64,000 nt of DNA, taken from Thiotrichaceae bacterium UBA5859. Its GTDB lineage: Bacteria; Pseudomonadota; Gammaproteobacteria; UBA5859. The stretch lies in contig DJFZ01000055.1 of NCBI GenBank assembly GCA_002432655.1, forward strand, positions 1,643-65,642, written 5' to 3'. The notes under the pieces were generated by a model. The model was not told the DNA's origin and did not search any database. It saw only the letters and a list, made by a program, of their open reading frames with translations. A program made the position numbers and the translations under genes. The stretch's first letter is position 1. Every line of letters begins with the position of its first letter. This document shows positions 59,531 to 64,000 of this stretch, piece by piece.

Positions 59531-60106
59531 ATGGCACGTGCACGCAGCAAAAATAATCTTTCTAGGTCCGCGCGGTATACCTCGATCTCAGAGACCGACA
59601 GAGCTTTATTTCGTCAAAGTATCGAGAATGTTGTGCCGCTCGCTTCTGACCGTATTGCCTTACGCAAACCGCGGCCGAAGCCGAATGCCCGACACACCTT
59701 AGCGGACGACAAGGCAGTGTTGAGAGAGTTAGCCAATCCCTCTATAGATTTCGATTCCATTGAAAATGGCGATCAACTTCAGTTTGCTAGACCCGGCTTT
59801 CAAATTAGTAGACTACGGAAATTGAAGCGTGGTTGCTATAGCGTGGAAGCCGAGCTAGATCTTCATGGGTTGACGGTGCAACAAGCTCAACATGAAACGG
59901 CAAAATTTATACAAAATAGTCGGAAAGCGGGCTTTAAATGCGTTCGTATCATTCACGGCAAAGGTAATCGCTCTAAAGGAAACATCCCTAAAATTAAGCA
60001 AAACTTAGATAGATGGTTGCGCCAATGGGATGCTGTTTTAGCATACAGTAGCGCCCGCACATATGATGGAGGAACCGGTGCCCTCTATGTGCTCTTGAGA
60101 AATTAA
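59531..60106 (+). CDS. smrB: Smr-domain endonuclease (SmrB/YfcN-like ribosome-rescue nuclease).
   Basis: C-terminal Smr domain (LDLHGLTVQQAQHETAKFI...IIHGKGNRS). It is divergent from prmB, as in enterobacteria. Confidence 0.8.
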   Translation: MARARSKNNLSRSARYTSISETDRALFRQSIENVVPLASDRIALRKPRPKPNARHTLADDKAVLRELANPSIDFDSIENGDQLQFARPGFQISRLRKLKRGCYSVEAELDLHGLTVQQAQHETAKFIQNSRKAGFKCVRIIHGKGNRSKGNIPKIKQNLDRWLRQWDAVLAYSSARTYDGGTGALYVLLRN

Positions 60107-60623
60107 AACTCAACGAGCGGCATCCCCAATTTTTTTCTGAGCCACATTAATAAACTCGCCTGTTTCATTTCCTCTGATTAATTGTATTTATAGTAGGAAA
60201 TACAAGAAAATTTTTTGCAATTAGCCGACTAAATGTAGACAGGCTGTTGCTTCTTCTTGTTATTAACAAATGAAAATTGTAAAAGCCATTAAAGTAATAG
60301 TAAGCCCATATTCAACATCATTAGTTACAAATTCAAATAATTCGATTATATACCCCTCTTTTATAACCTGCCTTGAATCTCTTCTTATAATATTTTTAAT
60401 ATCATTCCATTTACCATAAGTTAGCTGTATTACTAACATAGGATAATCTATTCACGTAGTCCTAATATTTAAGTGGGCATCAAATCTGACTAATGTTTAA
60501 TAAGCAATAAATTAGTTTGAATGTCAATTTCGATGTGTGGATGCTAAAAAGATAGTCGCAATAGACTAGGCACGTAAATAACAAGTAATTAAATCAATTG
60601 GTGGACACTAACGGAGAATGCAT
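60107..60623 (+). promoter_or_regulatory. AT-rich 510-bp leader/promoter region upstream of the copper monooxygenase operon.
   Basis: No ORF. Strongly AT-rich with a TATAAT hexamer at 60386-60391. Canonical pmo/amo operons also carry long 5-prime leaders. Confidence 0.35.
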
Positions 60624-61430
60624 ATGGCTACAACCTTAGATAATCAGCGCACATTGCTGCGCGATGACATTCAGGTGAAAGAAGTTGAAGATCTGGACAA
60701 ACCACCAAAAGTACCTTGGTTAATGGCCATCGTTGGAGTTTCCGCAGGCGTAGCCATTTTCATCGCTTATCGACTGTATATGAATCATTACTCCTTTACT
60801 GTGGGTTTGGATTATTTTTCACAAGAATTTCAAGTTTATTGGATGCGAGTCTTCTGGGGACAACTAGCAATTATGGGTGTCATTTTTGCCGTGGCCGCTC
60901 CTTGGTTGTGGATGACAAGAGAAAAAGATCCTGCGGCTGTACCACCAAGGCTTGAGCTGAGAAGATACTATAGTATGTTTGCTATTTTGGCATTGGCTGC
61001 ATTTGCTGCCTTTGTGGCATTAGGTCTCTTCGGCGAAGCTGATGCAGCATGGCACCAAGTCACCATTAGAGATACAGATTTCACGCCAACCCATATTGGT
61101 CTGTTTTATTTTGCCATGCCGCTGATGTTTGGCGCTCTGTTGCTGGCATTTATTTGGATTCATACTCGTCTTCCGGATTTTATGAATCGAATATCCATTC
61201 CATTTGCTCTATTGGCTGCTGGTCCCTTTCTGATTTTCCCTAATCTTGGTTTTAACGAATGGGGGCATACCTTCTTCTATGCTGAAGAGTTATTTGGCTC
61301 ACCAGTACATTATGGATTCTTTGTATTGGGGTTTGGTTTCTTTGCTTTCGGCGGTTTTTTAGTTCAATGCTACAATCGCATCGCAAAATTAACAGACTTA
61401 GATGGTGACGAAGAACCCGATCACGCATAA
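60624..61430 (+). CDS. pmoC: Copper membrane monooxygenase subunit C (PmoC/AmoC family).
   Basis: Long collinear match to PmoC of Methylococcus, as recalled from memory: WHQVTIRDTDFTPTHIGLFYF..., TRLP..., ISIPFALLAAGPFLIFPNLGFNEWGHTFFYAEELF..PVHYGF. The start was set to the second ATG, which has a GGAGA RBS. ORF track 60618..61430. Confidence 0.85.
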   Translation: MATTLDNQRTLLRDDIQVKEVEDLDKPPKVPWLMAIVGVSAGVAIFIAYRLYMNHYSFTVGLDYFSQEFQVYWMRVFWGQLAIMGVIFAVAAPWLWMTREKDPAAVPPRLELRRYYSMFAILALAAFAAFVALGLFGEADAAWHQVTIRDTDFTPTHIGLFYFAMPLMFGALLLAFIWIHTRLPDFMNRISIPFALLAAGPFLIFPNLGFNEWGHTFFYAEELFGSPVHYGFFVLGFGFFAFGGFLVQCYNRIAKLTDLDGDEEPDHA

Positions 61431-61588
61431 TTAAAATATCTGCAAAAGCGGAAGTGCTAAACCCTTCCGCTTTTTTTTATTCGAAGTTAGATGATTATTT
61501 TTCTTCAATCATTTTTGCGTTAAACATTCTAAAACAATACTAACGCGCCCATTAATCCTAAAAATAGATTAATCACCAGAGGTAAATT

Positions 61589-62395
61589 ATGGCCATAGTC
61601 ACACCAGAGTCCAATGAAAGTCCCGACAAAGATCCCAAGTATAGTGGCGAGCGCAGCGCCAAGTCCGCCATAACCACTAGAGAGGAACAAATAGAAGCAT
61701 TTCGCAATATCGATCTGGTGAGTATTCCCATCATTATCTTATTGTTCGGTGGCATTACCGTATTTTTGTCCGCGGTTACGGTTGGAGACTGGGACTATTG
61801 GATGGACTGGCGGGATCGTCGTTGGTGGCCGTTAGTGACTCCGGCCGTCTACATTATATTCCCAGCGGTAATTGGTACCTTTACCTGGAAAAAATTTCGA
61901 TTACCCATTGGCGCCACAGCTACTATGTTTGCCTTTGTTATCGGTTTATGGCAAAGCCGATATTTCAACTTCCATTCTTTTGCAGGTTTTCCGTTAAACT
62001 TTGTTGCGCCCTCAACATTTATTGTTTTAGGAATTATTCTGGATGCCACTTTGCTGTGGACAAAGAGTTTTTTCGCAACCGGATTTATCGGTGCCTTCTT
62101 TTTTGGTGCCCTACCCTACGCAGTAAACTGGCCGGTGTTTGCATTATGGCATGTACCCGTATCTTACGACGGCAATTTGCTCACAGTCGCCGATCTTGCG
62201 GGGTATCAATATATTCGCACTGCCATCCCAGAGTATGTTCGCATCATCGAGGAATCTACCCTACGCACCTTCGGTGAGGCCGTGACACCGCTCACCGCTT
62301 TCTTTGCAGGGTTTGTCTGTGTACTCAACTACTACCTTTGGGTGGTGATTGGTAGTTACCTATCAGAAAGTCGTTGGACTCATAAAGTCTGGTAA
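61589..62395 (+). CDS. pmoA: Copper membrane monooxygenase subunit A (PmoA/AmoA family). Divergent, with a roughly 16-aa N-terminal extension.
   Basis: Matches PmoA as recalled from memory: GDWDYWMDWRDRRWWPLVTP..., RYFNF, PLNFVAP, ILDATLL, ALWHVPVSYDGNLLTVADLAGYQYIRTAIPEYVRIIEESTLRTFGEAV. AGAGG RBS. Identity to canonical gammaproteobacterial PmoA is about 50% by eye. Confidence 0.85.
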   Translation: MAIVTPESNESPDKDPKYSGERSAKSAITTREEQIEAFRNIDLVSIPIIILLFGGITVFLSAVTVGDWDYWMDWRDRRWWPLVTPAVYIIFPAVIGTFTWKKFRLPIGATATMFAFVIGLWQSRYFNFHSFAGFPLNFVAPSTFIVLGIILDATLLWTKSFFATGFIGAFFFGALPYAVNWPVFALWHVPVSYDGNLLTVADLAGYQYIRTAIPEYVRIIEESTLRTFGEAVTPLTAFFAGFVCVLNYYLWVVIGSYLSESRWTHKVW

Positions 62396-62430
62396 ATCTT
62401 TCTGTTAAGTACATTAGGAGTGTTGTTGAA

Positions 62431-63762
62431 ATGAAAACGAATCAAAACCGACAATCTAATTTGAGACAAATTCAAGTCAAGATCCGAGCACAAAAACCGC
62501 ATCAAGATATGAATCGAATCTTTGCTGCCACTTTCTTACTACTATTGATTCTCATGGCGACCTTTATTTTAGCCAGTAACGCTTATGCTCATGGTGAGAA
62601 GGCGCAACAAGCAGGATTACGCATGCGTACTCTGAACTGGTTCGACACGGAAATATACCCTAGGGAGATGTCTGTCAACGACAACTTGACGATCAAAGGT
62701 AAATTTATGCCTTCTGAACACTGGCCGCGACATATGGCCTCTATTACAGATACGGCATTTTTGAATGTAGGGGTGCCCGGTCCTGCCTTTATTCGAGTTA
62801 ATTCCAATGTGAATGGCACACCCATGATTCGCTCCACCAGTTTTGAACTTGGTAAGATCTATGAGTATGAAATCAATTTGAAAGCACGTATTCCAGGCCG
62901 CTATCACGTACACCCCATTATTAATGTGAAAGGTGCCGGACCTATTATTGGACCTGCTTTTTGGGTAAACGTGGGTGGTGATCAAGCAAACTTTGTCAAT
63001 ACAGCCACCACACTCGATGGCACCGTCATTGATATGGAAACCTACGGTTTAAACGCCTCAATTTGGCTCCATGTCTTTTGGGTTATTTTTGGGTTGGCGT
63101 GGATTGCATATTGGTTCCGTAATATGCGAAAAGATCCTGTTATTATGCCCCGCTTTAAAAAGGTAAAGATGTTAGGGCCAGAGAGAGCTGACGAATTAAT
63201 TACCCGTCGCGAAACCCTTATGGGCATGATAGTGCTGGGGGCAATGCTCACTATTATCACCGGAGGATTCTTCTTAACTCAGCAGGTTGTTCCGCAAACA
63301 ATTCCTTTACAAACTGGTTGGATACCTATTGAGCCCATAGAAAACCCCACCACCAATGAAGTAATTAAAATCAAAGTAGGAGAATCCACCTATCGAATTC
63401 CTGGTAGAAGTTTCCAAGTCGAAATGACCATCACCAATAATACGCCTCGCCCAATTCAGATAGGGGAATTTATGACGGCCAATATTCGTTTTATAAATTC
63501 TCAGGTACAGACTGTAATAGCAGAAGATACGCATCATCTAATTGCCTCCGATGCACTCCGAGTAGAAGGTGGCCCAATTCTGCCCGGAGAAACCAAAACC
63601 ATTAAGATGATCGCAGAAGACGCGCTTTGGGAATCAGAGCGATTGACTAGTTTGGTATATGATCCAGATAGCTTCTTCGCTGGAATGATATTCTTCTTTG
63701 ATGATGAGGGTAACCGCTATTATCGTGAAATCGGCGGTACTATGTTCCCTACCTTCATCTAA
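62431..63762 (+). CDS. pmoB: Copper membrane monooxygenase subunit B (PmoB/AmoB family).
   Basis: The signal peptide ends ...ASNAYA followed by HGEK (N-terminal copper-ligand His). It has the GRYHVHP HxH motif, NVKGAGPIIGP, a central two-TM hairpin and the C-terminal cupredoxin domain ending YDPDSFFAGMIFFFDDEGNRY. AGGAG RBS. The true start may be the internal Met 26 codons downstream. Confidence 0.85.
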   Translation: MKTNQNRQSNLRQIQVKIRAQKPHQDMNRIFAATFLLLLILMATFILASNAYAHGEKAQQAGLRMRTLNWFDTEIYPREMSVNDNLTIKGKFMPSEHWPRHMASITDTAFLNVGVPGPAFIRVNSNVNGTPMIRSTSFELGKIYEYEINLKARIPGRYHVHPIINVKGAGPIIGPAFWVNVGGDQANFVNTATTLDGTVIDMETYGLNASIWLHVFWVIFGLAWIAYWFRNMRKDPVIMPRFKKVKMLGPERADELITRRETLMGMIVLGAMLTIITGGFFLTQQVVPQTIPLQTGWIPIEPIENPTTNEVIKIKVGESTYRIPGRSFQVEMTITNNTPRPIQIGEFMTANIRFINSQVQTVIAEDTHHLIASDALRVEGGPILPGETKTIKMIAEDALWESERLTSLVYDPDSFFAGMIFFFDDEGNRYYREIGGTMFPTFI

Positions 63763-63817
63763 AAATCTGTTAGAAAGTTCGTTTTTTATTGGACGACTAG
63801 ATACAAACCATAAAAAA

Positions 63818-63847
63818 CCCCCGCGAAAATGCGGGGGTCTTTTGTTT
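63818..63847 (+). terminator. Rho-independent terminator after pmoB.
   Basis: cccccgc-gaaaat-gcggggg followed by tcttttgttt. Confidence 0.7.
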
Positions 63848-64000
63848 CTAAGTTTCCTAACCTTTAGGAGTAAGAAATTTAATAATACGCCGCATCCATT
63901 TTGGCGCTGATTGTCCATAGGGTTTGCTTAAAAATGGTGTCGGAGAAAAGGCATCTGCACTTTTTACCATGACCGACTTTTTATGAGAGAACTCTGCAAA

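Noticed and set aside
61798-62277. 159-aa ORF overlapping pmoA in another frame, plus similar shadow ORFs over pmoC (60716..60955) and pmoB (62589..62985, 63042..63537)
   Set aside because: They overlap genes with unambiguous homology. Their translations are Cys/Arg-rich nonsense typical of out-of-frame reading.
1-64000. Scan for mobile elements, CRISPR repeats, integrases and tRNA-flanked islands
   Set aside because: No transposase or integrase-like ORFs, no direct-repeat arrays and no tRNA genes were seen. The only compositional anomaly is the AT-rich islet at 20.6-21.7 kb, which is reported as a finding rather than a mobile element.

Overview
This 64-kb window reads as a gammaproteobacterial chromosome segment of roughly 45-48% GC (estimated by eye). 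It is mostly densely packed protein-coding genes. I found no tRNA or rRNA genes, no CRISPR array, no transposase and no obvious insertion sequence.

Main blocks, in order:
- a truncated short-chain dehydrogenase remnant at the left edge;
- a cusCBA-type heavy-metal efflux operon on the minus strand, led by a small Cys/His-rich secreted protein;
- a sulfur cluster (SulP/STAS anion permease, DUF442 sulfurtransferase-like protein, ETHE1-like persulfide dioxygenase);
- a ribose-phosphate pyrophosphokinase-like gene paired with a 502-aa thymidine/AMP-phosphorylase-family gene;
- an orphan NosL-like copper protein convergent with a c-type cytochrome;
- Hsp20 divergent from an 797-aa Lon-like protease (YcbZ/LonC type) that overlaps an unknown 282-aa ORF by its start codon;
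- a Na+/H+ antiporter;
- an AT-rich islet holding an orphan 170-aa gene flanked by hairpins, divergent from a catalytically degenerate histidine-kinase-like protein;
- a glutamate-synthase-domain protein, a KefB/KefC-like K+ efflux protein, a 98-aa minimal SET-domain protein, a PEP-CTERM exosortase-target protein;
- a HadAB-like MaoC hydratase pair, two acyl-CoA dehydrogenases, a secreted S8 subtilase, a bifunctional PP2C/Ser-Thr kinase directly downstream of narK;
- a nirBD-narGHJI-ppiC gene string on one strand;
- an unknown secreted 484-aa protein, a PQQ-like beta-propeller, an AI-2E transporter, a PAS hybrid sensor kinase preceded by a decayed HDOD-domain pseudogene;
- the conserved enterobacterial-style MFS/aroC/prmB/smrB block.

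Most notable: the last 3.4 kb carry a complete copper membrane monooxygenase operon in C-A-B order (PmoC/AmoC, PmoA/AmoA, PmoB/AmoB homologues). The copper-site motifs are conserved, but PmoA is only about 50% identical by eye to canonical gammaproteobacterial PmoA, as recalled from memory. The operon sits behind a 510-bp AT-rich leader and ends in a strong terminator. No methanol dehydrogenase, hydroxylamine oxidoreductase or pmoD/copCD partner is visible in the window, so the substrate (methane, ammonia or short-chain alkane/alkene) cannot be decided from this sequence.
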